This document shows positions 27,681 through 41,945 of a DNA stretch of 64,000 bases, piece after piece. The translations under genes were made by a program, and so were the position numbers. The notes beneath the pieces are model-generated. The model worked only from the letters and a program-made list of their open reading frames with translations. It did not search any database and was not told the origin of the DNA. Source of the DNA: Octopus bimaculoides (taxonomy: Eukaryota); the NCBI RefSeq assembly GCF_001194135.2, contig NC_068982.1, forward strand, positions 144,390,139 through 144,454,138. Reading direction: 5' to 3'. The stretch's first letter is position 1. Every line of letters begins with the position of its first letter.

Positions 27681-29281
27681 TATCAGGTCGTTCCTTCTTT
27701 GTACTACCAAGCCACCAAAGAGCTCCAAGTGACTTCCTTGAAAAATGCTAGTCACTTCCCATAGAAGTTTTTATCAAGAGAATACAAAAGTAGTTTATTG
27801 TTGCTTTCCTTTGGATATCTTTCAGTAGATACCCTCTTTTGAACATGATACAGACAAGTTCACTTGTCTAGGTACTCAATGTCAAGAGAGCTAAAATGAA
27901 ATACTAGAAAGTATCTGTACAATATTCTTACAATCCTGCTAATTTACCACTCTTGAATGGTACTTTATTTTATAGGCCTTGGAAGAACAAAACACAAAAC
28001 TAGTCTCGGCAGAATTTGAAACTCAGAATTTGAAAGAGCTGAAACAAACAGAATAAGGTATTACTAGATTCAAGATTCTGATAATTTCTTGCTTTATATT
28101 AAGGGCTCTAATAAAAATAGGGATAATTTTTTAACTTAACCACAAGGTCACATATTTTGTGTGATGTCATGTATTTGATTTTTGCACTAGATTATTTTAT
28201 CTTTAGAAAAATAAAATCATCCATATAGGGGAGGATTAGATAAAATGATCTAGTTGTATTTGAACTCCAAATGTAAAGGGACAAAATACAGCAAGGCAAT
28301 TCTTCAGTGATTGAGACATTCTGACACCCACCACTCATTATAAAAATATTTATTTCTAATACTTTATTACATAAAAAAAAATAATGTTAACCATAACATT
28401 AGAGTGCAAAAACTTAAGATGCACCATTCTTCAGAACCAGATCTGTTCACCCACCCCTAAAACTACACTAGGGTGCCTTTGCGTTGTTGCTTGACCTGTA
28501 GAAACAACAGTCAAATCTCCTTCAAATCATACCTATCTTAAAAAAGAAATGACATGTTGGATACTGTAGGCGTAGATACATAAGATGGGTAGGTCATGAG
28601 AGGAAAGCCTTTGATTGGGGAGGGGGAGCTAAACAACAACACTGCAAGGCAATTCACTATAGCAAATGAGATCAAGCCATAGGAGCATGTCCCTATGATG
28701 AAGCGTTACTGAAGACATCCCCCTGAATTCTTTCTTTTATATCCAGCATGTTCAAGAATGCAGCTTAACATTACTTTCCAAATGTTTACTTAAAATTTAC
28801 AACCATTCGATTTCTTCGCAACTTATTTCTCTATATTTTGATTTTATTTTTCTTAAAAAAAATTTGTTAAACTAATTTTATATTTAAGCAAATTATATTG
28901 TATTTGGTATGAAGAACCCATTGCTGTAAATTATGTTTATCACAATGTAATTATTAAACCATCCACATCTCGTCTTAACCTTTAGCTAACATTCAGTATC
29001 TTTATTCTGACAATGAAGTCTGTAAAGATACCTGGCTGTCTAATTTATTCCCACAAATATAAAAATTCACTTCATTATTTGCCAGAAGAATATTAACATA
29101 CAATATGTCCTGTACTTGCCAACTGACATGGAAAAATTAGTTACAACTAAATTTTCACAAGTACTAAATTTAACAAAAATATATGAATGAACCAGAAAAA
29201 GTGATTATGTATGAGTCTTGGATGTCCAATTTTGACCAATAGAGAGCAGCTAAACTCTGCAGTTTTTAATTTATTTCTTAC

Positions 29282-29374
29282 ATTTTCGCTCTGTGTTACA
29301 CATTGACCCGTCCTTCAGCGGTTTTTGTAACGTATCAGAGGGCTAGTCCTTCTTCGCTCAATCTTTTTTCGTTT
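29282..29374 (-). other. Candidate 93-nt phase 0-0 exon, KRKKIERRRTSPLIRYKNR*RTGQCVTQSEN, with one in-frame TGA
   Basis: Acceptor GTGTCCCTTTCTACAG|AAA, donor AAT|GTAAGA. Length is a multiple of 3. CpG-rich. All three frames contain a stop. Confidence 0.4.
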
Positions 29375-29421
29375 CTGTAGAAAGGGACACTGTGAATGGC
29401 CCCAAACGACCTCTTACAGCG

Positions 29422-29552
<131 letters not shown>

Positions 29553-31364
29553 TCGGCCCATGTACTTGACTAGTACTTTATCGACCTCGGACATATGACC
29601 TCAGTGAAATTTGAACTCAGATCGTATGGAGCCGGAGCAAATTACCGCAAACCATTCTTATCCGACGCTCACTTCATTTATCTATCTGCTATCAAATAAA
29701 ACAGCCGAAAGCCAACATTACAAGTTATGAAAGTATTACTAATTATTTATTTGACCACCCCCACTAACTTAAAAGTAACACTCAACACGGAGCTTATAAA
29801 CATAATTAAGTCCTGTTATATGTTCTTAACGAGTTCATTAAACAGGGTAAATGAATGCGCAATGTTCACAGGCTATCCGCAGCAGGATGCTCAACACAGC
29901 ACTAAATGCTGTATATATTAGGTAATATCAAATACATCGAAGTAGACAAAACAAATAGTTTTCGTTTTCTCAAATAAATATATAAGTGAATAAATAAAGC
30001 TGTAGCGTGGATTTTGGAAACGATAGCTACCCTTAATAGCTTGACACAAATGATAAACAGATTAGACAACATATAAGATACACAGTGAACCGACTCACAG
30101 AATCACCATATCAGACTGATATGATATTTATGTATCAAAATGAGAAAGAAAGAAAGAAAGAAAAGAAAATATCCTTAACTTCAAAAACTGGAAGTTACAG
30201 AACATCTAGCACAACTATCGTTTAATTATTTCAAAGATATTTTTAGCTACGAAATGTGTATCGGGAAAGTTTACATACACAGCTACCATGTGAAAAAACA
30301 AACATTACACATAGCGAAACATTGGATTAAGTTATAGTCCGAAATTTCATACTGTAAATGATCCCGTCTTTAATGTAAACGGACTGAATGTCTCCAGGAC
30401 TACCCCTCCCATCACAAAGCGGGGAATGTGCAATTCAATTTTCTTTCTCTTTCTCTGAGATTAGAAACGGTATTAATGTTATCTGAGAGAATTGGCCGAG
30501 TGCCTTTGAAATATCGCAGACGAAAACAATAATATTTAGGTGGCATCCACGATCAAAGTTTATTAACTGTGTAGGAGACAAATTTCCTATTTTTATACAA
30601 ATCAAACATGAAATGTAACATTTTCTTTCACAAGATTTTCATTTAAGGGAGATTGGAAATTATCCACTAGGATAACACAAACAGGCAGGGCAACAACAAA
30701 AATCAAAATTGAAACCCCAAACATTCTCCCACTACAATTTGACAAGGATCTAGAAGAAATCACATAAGATACACTAAAACATTTTTAGGAGAAAAAAAAT
30801 TATTTTCCAAATGAAGCTAAAAAGAAACACATTTAGGAAATTCATTAGGGAAAGGGGATAGATAGCATTACAAATTTTCTTATAAATAATTAAAACCGCA
30901 GCGGGCAATTCACAAACACACACACCTTACATCAGCATTTGGTAGTATTACATCAAAAATAATCGAGGAATTATAGAGAAAAATAAACCCAGCTAGTAGT
31001 TTTACTATTTTTCGTTTACAGTACACACACACACACACTATGTATGTATCATAATTCGGAAATCCTAACACTTTCATAAAATAAATCACACAAGATAACA
31101 TATATGATTGAAAATAAATGTAAATAATGAAGACGATGGTAAAATAGTGAAATAACAATTTCAATAATTAAATTTTAACAATAATGTTGATAAATACAGA
31201 CAACTGCATGTCTGTGTCGCATGGTGCGCTAAACGGCAGAAACAGAGAGAAAGGGGGAGTGTTTATATTATCTATGTAAATAACAACTGACTAGATGATG
31301 TTATGAAGGTGCACCAGTCACTATGCAGTAGCAGCACCACCAGTATATATTTTTGTGTACTCAC

Positions 31365-31454
31365 CTGATGCCGCTGGCATATACACTGTCCCATGAAGAA
31401 ATCTTTAGCACAAGCTAACCAAGAGAAATACATCAGCAAATTGTTGCCGATCCG
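31365..31454 (-). CDS. Exon encoding (RIGNNLL)MYFSWLACAKDFFMGQCICQRHQ; alternative first exon and/or 90-nt internal exon
   Basis: Strong donor CAG|GTGAGT (exon ends 31365, phase 0). In-frame ATGs at 31433 and 31394. An in-frame TAG just upstream doubles as a possible acceptor (TATCTCTCATTTAG|CGG, exon start 31454). Lies in the CpG-retaining domain. Confidence 0.65.
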
Positions 31455-32661
31455 CTAAATGAGAGATATTTCCGAAAACAATGCCTTCTTTTGTCACGTC
31501 ATGGAAGAGCTTGAGTGGTTCAGCACAGAAAGTGTACATATATGTTCATGTTTGTGTGTGTATATGTGTGTGAGTATGTAAGTGTGGTATAGAGAGTGCA
31601 GTAGTCGTCTTTCATAGCCTTGGACCAACTACGTAGTTTGGAACATTATCAAGCAGAAAGTGATCGGCTCTCTCCCTACTCCGCCACCGACTACAGCAAG
31701 TTCACGATTGTGATGAGATAGAGTGTTGTAACCAGCTGACCACTTGCTAATTATGTAGCGATCGGAGATGATAATGACAGAATGCATATGAATTTAGTGT
31801 GGTAAATTAAACTTGCAGATATCAGCGTTGGTCAAGCAAGTGGTTGGAATGACTGAGGCAGAGCGGTTACTAACTGAACGAGATTAACGAATAAAAATAG
31901 AATGAATGAATTACACAAAAGCACTCTCAATCATCAATAAATTTGATTTCATAAAGCGTTTAAGAGAAAGACAATACTGGACGATGACGGGGGAAGGAAT
32001 TGAATTAAAACGCGATAGCTCTCCTGTCGTTTTACTAATATCATGAAAGGATAACAACTACACTAGAATGATTGGTTCGGATATTTCTACAGGGACTAGT
32101 GATGTTCAGGCCTAGAAAATAAGTAGAATGACAGCATAAACTGGATTTATTGGAAAAAACGTTTCTATTATGGAAAAAAATAAAACATAAAATAAAATAA
32201 AGTAAAACAGAAAGCTTAGCTCTCTTAACTTCTGAAAGGGTTAACTGCTTAGTGGGAATATTTCCCTCAATTTATTTTAATGTAGTGACTTCTGAACAAT
32301 GTACTATTGATTTCTTTTGAATAAATACACTGGGAGATTTAAACTATATTTCCAGCATATTGTTACTGTTTTTCTACTGACTATGGAAAGGTAAAAAGAA
32401 AGAAAAAAAAGAGGTAATATTAGCACTACCTGGATTTGATCATGAACCCAAAAGGATTAAATCAAATCCAGCCTCATTCTTTCTTATTTCGAGCCAGGTT
32501 CTCTTTCCTTATAAATATATTATTGGAGTCAAGTAGCAGAATGGATAAACCAACAATCTGAAAATAGTTCTATCAAAATGTTGGGTTTCCTTTTACATAG
32601 TCCCATAACACCTTGCGAGAGGGTTTGGAGTATAATGTTAATTGGTTAGGGAATATATGTA

Positions 32662-32697
<36 letters not shown>

Positions 32698-33250
32698 TGT
32701 TGATACTGTTTAGTAATAGCATCATAAATTCTGGTTAGCCTTATTTCAAAATGCTGGAGGTGTGTTTCCATCATAAATAATGGTTGAATTTTTGTAGCGG
32801 CAGCTAACATGGAGGTGATAAATTCAGACAGCTTGTTAAATGTCGCAGGGTAGGCTAAGACTAAAGAATATCACATAAATTTGTTGTATCAATAAATGAT
32901 GGAAAGGCTGAACTTGAACAGTATAGAGGGAAAGGAGAGAAGCGAAATGTTTTATTATTAGTTTCAAATGACAGAATTATAATGAAATTAGTTTAACTAG
33001 TTTTAGTGTTGGGTTCTCTAGAATTAAAAAGCTATAACATACACACATGTTATTTAGCCCAAGGTCAGTCATAATCCACAAGACCTATGATCAGAAGCAT
33101 TTTACAATGCAATTTCTTTCAGTCATAAGGTATCTAAGATATTTTTTCTTATTTTATTTTTTTTTTAAATAGTAGGGTGTAACCCAAGGGAGAATTGGTT
33201 TCTATTTCTAGCAAGTCATACAAGCACACAGACTCGCTTTTTACTAGACT

Positions 33251-33455
33251 TCCATATCCGACCAAAATATTCTACCTGTTTTATGTTCAGATTGGCCAGA
33301 TCTGGCTTTTCACATGAACCCTACAATATCATTTTAAAAATGAACGGTTACCTCATGAAAATTGCAAAGCTAGAAGACAATGCATGATTAATTTAAAACA
33401 ATGTGACGAAATAAGCATTAGTTTTTATAGAATAATGTGAATGCTAAAGGGTTAA
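33251..33455. mobile_element. piggyBac-type MITE family 2, one end missing
   Basis: Interior match and AATGCTAAAGGG|TTAA end. Confidence 0.75.
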
Positions 33456-35453
33456 GCAATATATAATGGTAATAGCAGAAACAATATATATAGGAAATAA
33501 CAGACCAAACTATTAAAAAGAAATTTTTTCTGCAGTGGCCCACGTCTACACTTTGTCCCATAAAATGTTAGCTCCTCTATTCAGATGGTTTGGTACTACA
33601 TGTTTAACCAATTTCAAGATGTTGTTAGACATTTAGTAGTAGCTGAATTGTTATAGTGATATGTCCAACATTACACTTCATGAAGAATAGTAAAATAATT
33701 CAGATGCCAATATAAATCAAGAGCTTTATGAAATTCTTCCCAAGAATTCCCAATGATGACATATTTCAAACAAAATCTTCTGAAATTAAAAACCAATATA
33801 TTTTTACCAAAGCTGTTCAATATCAGTTTAGATCATAAATTTAATTACTTCTCAATTTTGATAATAAATGGCCTTAATTCCATTCATTAGCTAAATAATT
33901 TACACTAAATATAATTTTTCACTTGAACTGAGTGCAATTTATAAAGCAATTAATGAAACAACAGCCTGGAAAGGTATCAAGAATGAAAATGTTACATCAA
34001 TGGTATCAAATGAAATTGAAAACAGCAATTGTGAAGAATTATAAAAATGCTGTGAAGTGGTAATAGTAATGAAATCTAACAACTGCTAGTTAATTCTAAT
34101 AAGACTATGGTAATGAATATATTTTTCTAGATATCATCTGAAAAATGTCTAGACATTTTTTTTTCTTAGAAGTTGCATTTATCTTAATCCAGCTTCTTCA
34201 TCTAAAGGCCACAAAGGTTCAGAGAACACAACACACATTAATCTTCTTATCCAGCCAAATAGTATTTTACAGCTGGATGCCTTTCTTGTCACCAACCCCT
34301 AGCTCTCTCTCAAGTAAGGGTTGAGCTACAGGACAAATTATTTGCAGGAGATGTAAATATGAAAATGCCCTTTTGCTCTGACAATGTCATGTGAAGATGT
34401 GCAGAATGTAAATATTCCTATGCATGCAAACACACACATGCAACAAGCTTCAATACAGTTTCTGACTTCTGATGCCATTTACAAGGCATTGGTTAGTTCA
34501 AGATACTGTGGTTGTGGAGCAAACTCCACATCCAGTCAGCCATATCTGCATCTGAAATGTTAACCTTAATATTCTATTTTATATAAAATAATTGATATAT
34601 AATAAATATATTACATTATTGTGTTTTTTTCTTAATAAAAGCATGTGTTGGGGTTGTGACGTTGCTTGAAATAGATCAGACAGTCTGAGTTTGTTACTTT
34701 TCAGCAGTAGAACAGTAAGAAGGAAGATGGATTTTGCAAAGACAATGGAATAAAAAAAGCAAGATGAAAGAAAAGTCATTAACAAAATTTTGGTAGCTAA
34801 GTTTTTAGAAACTTAAATGAGAATAACATCTGCATTGATTACTTCACTGATATCTAGGCAAGCCAAAGAAGCTGTTTAGTTTTTCTTTTTTTCTTTTTTA
34901 TTCTATTTTTAGGAGAGGGATGATTGTTATTTGGCACATAATACAACAAAATCTGCACTTAACTCTGTAGCATCATTGTGTTATCACTAAATTATAGAAG
35001 AAGAGGAGAGAGAGAAAGAATAACCCATCAAAAATAAACTTTACGAAGTTTTAGATGGAACTGAACCTTCATATCCTTCTTGATAAAAAAAAAAAAAACC
35101 CTTGCTTTCAGTTTTGGTTACTCATGCTTTTATTTACACAAGTTAGTTAGATTAGATGTTTAGCCCATCAATAATCCGAGATTTCACTAGTGATTGAGCA
35201 CATATGTGTACATATTCAGTTCCTGTCTGCTCTTATTCTCAACACCAAATATAGAAATTTTCTTCATTAATGTTAAACTTTAGCAGTCCCTATTGCCAAT
35301 ATTGTTTTAGTTTTGATTATGTTTAATTCAGCTTACATCATGCATGTTAAAAAGATTTTGCTACAGACCCATGGTTAATTTTATTGTGAGAAATATTATC
35401 TGTCAATACACAATGTAGCAGCGCATACAGACGATGATGATAATAATAATAAC

Positions 35454-35487
<34 letters not shown>

Positions 35488-36039
35488 TTAATATAATAGA
35501 AATAAGCAAATTTTAAGATGTTCCTTTTCCATCTTAGGTATAACAGATAATTTAAACTTTGATATGACAGTTGCATTAAATACCTGCTAAAAAATAGAGA
35601 ACCTTAGGTTGTATTTGTTTACCTAAAAAAAGGCTAAGTCTAGGTCTAACGCCTGTAATTGCTGTTCATACCATATAGGAATAGAATAACTGAGGCAGAA
35701 TAAACATTATGCGAAGAGTTGTTCAGAGCCATGTCAGTACTGACTGAACAGATTTATCATCGTAGGGGTTCCAGGTGGATTCACCCAGTTTTTTTTCCTT
35801 ACTTTTTACTTTTTCTTACATATAATGTATCTTGCACTATATTGACTAATGTGTTCATTCATTGAAAACTTTATGGTGTAATTTTAAGGAGATTTAGCTG
35901 CCATTTTAGGCCGACTGTATGTCCACATAGTAATAGCAGGTCCCTTGTTGGCATCTATGAAAATTGTTTTGGTAGAAGTAAGTATCCATTAAGATCTAGT
36001 TATATCCAAATACTTAATATATATTAGTCTCGATATTAG

Positions 36040-36300
36040 CCAATCAGAATTGCTGAAGCATGGAATAAACTATCTGCATCGGTTGTTAACTGTCAGGACA
36101 CTACATCCTTCAAAATTTCCATGCTTCCTGAAATTTGCCAACAGTGCACCTGATGTCCCCCTCCCACCTTTTCTTAACAACTCATTCACTATTCACTTCC
36201 TGTGCATTATTCTATGTACTGCTTGTGCACTTTGGGCTACTTTTGATGAGTTGTAGTGTACCTGATGAGCACTGTATACAATAAATTGAATTTTTATTTC
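36040..36300 (+). mobile_element. CR1-like LINE 3' end
   Basis: RIAEAWNKLSASVVNCQDTTSFK resembles the R...WN.LP..VV....FK C-terminus, followed by a 3' UTR with AATAAA. Confidence 0.65.
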
Positions 36301-38323
36301 TCTTTCAGATCAATGCTGAAATCTTGTGACATCTTCCATATGCAGAAGGCCAACTCTCACAATATAATTAATCTAAGGACTATAGCAAACATTTTAAACA
36401 TATATAATATAAAACAAGTTGAATATTTTTAAGGAATGAGAGTTGGCTGGAAATGTATATGAATTCTTAGGTGTTCAATCATTGTAGTGAAATCTCAGTT
36501 TAAAATGTTTGATCTGTCTTGATGAACTTGTGTAATAAACAGAATGAACAATCATAAACTGAAAACTAACTTGGATAATTTATATTAACTACAGGACATA
36601 ATTAGTGCAGTTAATGATATCTAAGCTATTAGATACAAGGTAGCTGAAAGAAACTCAGGGAATTGCAATACTTATTGGTAATAATGGACTTCTGCCATTA
36701 TGCAAAAGTAGACCATAATTACAATGTTAAGAAGTTGGGCAGTAAAGCCAGAGAAAATGCAGCAACTGTGGGGTTCTAAATTACATTATGTGTAAGATGT
36801 GAAATGTTAACTTATAACAGAGATTGAATATCAAAGCATCTACCAATGTATTCTGGAGAGGCATTTGCAATGTGATGGTTAATTAATGTTAAATGAAAAT
36901 GTGTCTTGAGACAAAGGTAAAATATTCCCATTCTAGAGGTAAGCATGGACCTTAGATGGTTAAGGATGTGTTTTACACAAGACATTTGATTGTGTTTTTG
37001 ATAATTTGAGCATTTGCGTGTAAGTTTTCGTAATTCATAAAAGTTTGTTACCATTCTGTTTATACAGTGCATAAACAAATATGACCCAAGGTAATCTGCT
37101 AGAAAAAGCAGCAGCCTTCCTTATATCCCATTTTCTTAAAAAAAAATGCCAGGGACATCTTGAATAATGTGATCAGAAATACTGAGTGTCTGGGAAGAAA
37201 ATATGTGATGAGATATTCATAGCTACAACGCTTTTGATTATACGTCTAATCTGTTGTAAAATGGTAATTATTATCACAAATACAGATTGACATACTTTGA
37301 AAGTTGTTACAAAGGACATTTGGAGAGGGAGTTGTATATATACAATTTTCCACTCAAATTAAGCCCAGATTTATTATTAACAATTACTCTTACAATGAAA
37401 ACTTAACACTTAAGATTTCTAGGTCTGTTCTATCAACAGCTAATAAAATATTAAATTTCCAACTTTAAATCATTAGTCACGAACTTGGAAAGTATGTGTT
37501 GTGAAGTGTGAATCAAAAGTTTGCTTTTTGCATTTACTGTGAAAACTAAACTAACAGCCTGATGTACTAAATTATACGCCTGGTCTTTTCTTCTGCACCA
37601 CTGCCTCAGTCTGGAATTTCCTGCCTGAGTAAGTTTTTCTTTTACAGGAATTCAAAGAAAATATTAGCTGTACCAAAGTACCAAATTAACCCAATAATTT
37701 TAACTTGAATTTCCTCTCTTCTATGCTAAAGAGAATCATTATAGGCTATGGGCCCCACAGTTATTCTTTAGTCAAGTGGAAAAAAAAAACAATGAAGAAA
37801 CAAAAACAAAAAGAGAAGGCATTCAAACAGATGTTTAGCTTTCAACAATAACAAAAATACAAGAAATATTTTGAAATATTTCTTGTATTCTTGTATTGTT
37901 GTTATATGAATAAGAGAAACATTACAACTATCACACTATTCAAATGGTACACTAACCACAGATCAAGGATAGTCTCTGGTTTTCCTTTTTAAGTGCTTTG
38001 TTAACTAAGCCAGAAAATACAACATACTTTAGGTTAATGACCACTGAGCAGGGTGAACTGAAACAATACTATAACCATCTTGTTGCTCTCAGCTGAATGA
38101 AAGTGTTTTTGTCAGTTTAGCCTCAAGAACATCAAGCCAACAACCAACTAAATTCACTTCCCAGCTGGGTGGTGGTTAATGGTAAGAAAAACACTCAACT
38201 ATACTATAAAAACTACTTATCTCAGTGTTAAAGGCGTGTGTTCAAAATTCATTATATTTATGGCTCAAACGGTACCAAACCTATTTTTTGAAGTGATTAA
38301 GAGGTTATCAACAAGAAAATCTA

Positions 38324-38465
38324 GTGTGTGGTAAGAAGCTTGCTTCTCAAACACACAGTTCCAGGTTCAGTACTACTGTATGGCACCTTGAACAAGTGTC
38401 TTCTACTATAACCTCAGGCTAACCAAAGTCTTGTGAATGGATTTGGTAGGTGGAAACTAAAAATG

Positions 38466-38540
<75 letters not shown>

Positions 38541-38740
38541 ACCACCACTGCTTGACAACCGGTGTTGATGTGTTTACATCCCCATAACTTAGACGTTCAG
38601 CAAAAGAGACCTAGTACTTATTCTAATAAGTACTAGGCTTAAAAAAAAAGTCCTGGGGTTGATTTGTTTGACTAAAACCTTGAAAGGCAGTGCCCCAGCA
38701 TGGCCACAGTCAATGACTAAAACAAGGAAATGAATAAAAA
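38324..38740 (+). mobile_element. Full family B SINE with internal (TG)n
   Basis: Both halves match the 56268 copy. Confidence 0.85.
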
Positions 38741-39569
38741 ATATATGCATTGACTTGTAAATCACATGCTTCTTTTTCAGAATTGTAAATTTCAAAACTT
38801 GAAAACCCATGTTTACATGGGGAAACTTTACAGGATGAAGGAGATTTTCGAAGAATATTTATGATTAAAAAATTTTCTAATGTTTTCATTTTTCTCTTTT
38901 CCTGTTCTTATGTATTGAATGAATTTGCAAAATTGTATCTTTAGTCATTTCCTGGTGTGACCTCCTTTATCACCGACACCACTTTTTGCCTTTCTTTCTA
39001 TTTTTTTTCTTTTTAGGTTACCTCAAACTACTTTCTTGGCCTACCCCTAAATTTTTACTTTCATCTTCAGACATTTAACTATATTCTTATCATCCATTGA
39101 GCTTTAAGAAGTGCGTTGGTGGGTTAAGTGAATTCACTTCCTTTAAGTTCAAACTCACATTTTCTTTTCTATTGACAGAGTTTTGATGAACAAACTGCTC
39201 AAAAAAGCACTGAACACTCTTCTACAACAAAACTGACAAGCTCAAATATTCGTTAAATAACTACATTTTGATTTTTTGCCAAAGAATTTACTATTACATA
39301 TATACCACAGAACCTCCCAAAACCAGACACCAATATTTAAAGATTGCCTAAGCCTAATTAGGTTACCTATGAAGAAAACCAAACAATGCCAAAATAAGAG
39401 ATCTCCACAGACTATGAATCCACAAATGCTTTCCACTAAAAAGAATGAAAGACAAGACCTAAGATACGAAAAATTCACAATCGAGCATAATATATGTGTG
39501 TTCCCATCATCAACTGCCCAAATGGATATTAGTATGGTTTCGACAACTGGGCAGTACCATTCAATCCAG

Positions 39570-39609
<40 letters not shown>

Positions 39610-41418
39610 NNNNNNNNNNNNNNNNNNNNNNNNNNNNNNNNNNNNNNNNNNNNNNNNNNNNNNNNNNNNNNNNNNNNNNNNNNNNNNNNNNNNNNNNNNN
39701 NNNNNNNNNNNNNNNNNNNNNNNNNNNNNNNNNNNNNNNNNNNNNNNNNNNNNNNNNNNNNNNNNNNNNNNNNNNNNNNNNNNNNNNNNNNNNNNNNNNN
39801 NNNNNNNNNNNNNNNNNNNNNNNNNNNNNNNNNNNNNNNNNNNNNNNNNNNNNNNNNNNNNNNNNNNNNNNNNNNNNNNNNNNNNNNNNNNNNNNNNNNN
39901 NNNNNNNNNNNNNNNNNNNNNNNNNNNNNNNNNNNNNNNNNNNNNNNNNNNNNNNNNNNNNNNNNNNNNNNNNNNNNNNNNNNNNNNNNNNNNNNNNNNN
40001 NNNNNNGGAGGGGGAGGGGGAGAGGTAGTGGTGAGTTGAATATGTAATTTTTTTTTGGGGAGCTATGTTTTTCACCTCCATTACTTAACCCATCTGTAAC
40101 TCTTTCATGTGATTAGTTGAAGGGAAAGGCGAAGAGCAAAAGAAAAAGTAGAGAGAAAATGCAGGTAAGGCAAAGTGTGAGAGAGAAAGAGGGAGACCTT
40201 CAAAACTAAGTTTAACAGACAAGAAACTAATTTTTGCTGTCATTTGTTTGCAATGACAAAACATTTTAAGCTGAAGATAAAGGTTTAGTGAAAATAAATT
40301 TTACAGATCAGTTTTATGAAGAAATATATTTGAAGTATATTTTCATTGCTGATTTAATTTTAGTCTCATACCAGAATAAGCAGATCTATGATCAAAGATA
40401 TGTTTTTTTGTTTTTTTTTGCTTTTGTTTTTTGTTTTTTTCAGACATCATGTATTCAGATTTACATTACAAAATGTGGCTTTCTTTTAAGATACTAGAGC
40501 GAGATTAGAGAGATTTGGCTGCTATTTCTAACAGATTGAGTTTAACTTCATAAAAGTTTCCTTATTGATTGGTGCACTAGACTTGCAGTGTTGAACTCGC
40601 TGTACAATGGCTCTGATTCTAATTCTCTATCTCTCTCTCATCACTATGGGCCCATGACAAACATAAGATGATTAGCAGAAGTCTGGCTGCAAAAGGAACA
40701 CTGTAATATGTTTTGCTGAGCATGATGGATTCCAACTAAAAGAACCAGAATAGAATAGCAACAAACAAAATATCTAATTTGTAACAAAATTATTAAAATC
40801 AAAAATTTCCAGTTACAATAATTTTAAATTTAATTGAATCCACAATATATATTTCCGATGAAATTTTCTAACAAATTTTTTCCAGTTAAACTTCATTGCT
40901 AAATATCATAATTATCAAGTGAAAGAGCAGAATTTCCAAAAGTGGAAAAAACAACAAAAAAAAAAAACAAAAACAAATAGAACAATTTTCTACAGGAATT
41001 ATAACTGAAACAATGTTTTTTTTCTTTTTTGTTTTGTTTCTAATGGTGGGAGGGAATGAAGGACAAAATACATAACCAAAAAAAATATCAGGAATCGTAG
41101 AGGAAATCATCGAAGAAGTATTAAATGCTGAAGTTTTTCTTGTCATTAATAGAAATATTTTTCCCCCGCACATACACAAGCATACAGTTCAGTTTGCAAC
41201 AATGTGATCCCANNNNNNNNNNTGATGAATATCTCATCATCATCAGTTAACATCTGTTTTCCATGGGTTAGATGGTTTGATGGGAGCTGGCAGGCCAGAA
41301 GACTGTACCAGGCTCTACTGTCTGTTTTGGCATGGTTTTTTGTATGGCTGAATGCCTTTCCTAATGCCAGTCGCTTTACAGAGTGGCCTGGAAACTGTGT
41401 GAAAGCTCATGGAGAGAG

Positions 41419-41491
<73 letters not shown>

Positions 41492-41945
41492 CTGAGTTTA
41501 TGTTTACACCAGTATAAAAGGTGGTGTTGCATTCCTGAATGTTTTGTAACTTAGTGGTTTGATTAACAGATATCAATAAAATAAGTAAAGGTGTCAATAT
41601 GATCAACTAAATCATTGAGGCGGTGCCCCAGTATGGCCTCAGTCCAACAGCTGAAAAGTATTTTATGTGTGTATGTAGAAAGACACACCACATGCATGTA
41701 TTAACCATGTTAAATCTAAATTTAGTAGGTTTATTTGCACCAACCCAACAAAAGCAATGATAAATTCAGCTTATCCAACTGTATTGAACCCTTAAAACAA
41801 TAGTTTCAACAAAACCCATTAACACCAAACCCTTCAAAGTAACAATTAATCAGCTAATATAACCCATCTTCTCTTTTGAATAAATTGAACAGAGCCCTTA
41901 GATATTTGATACAAGATTAAAATCATAGGAAAACTTTCATTGAGG

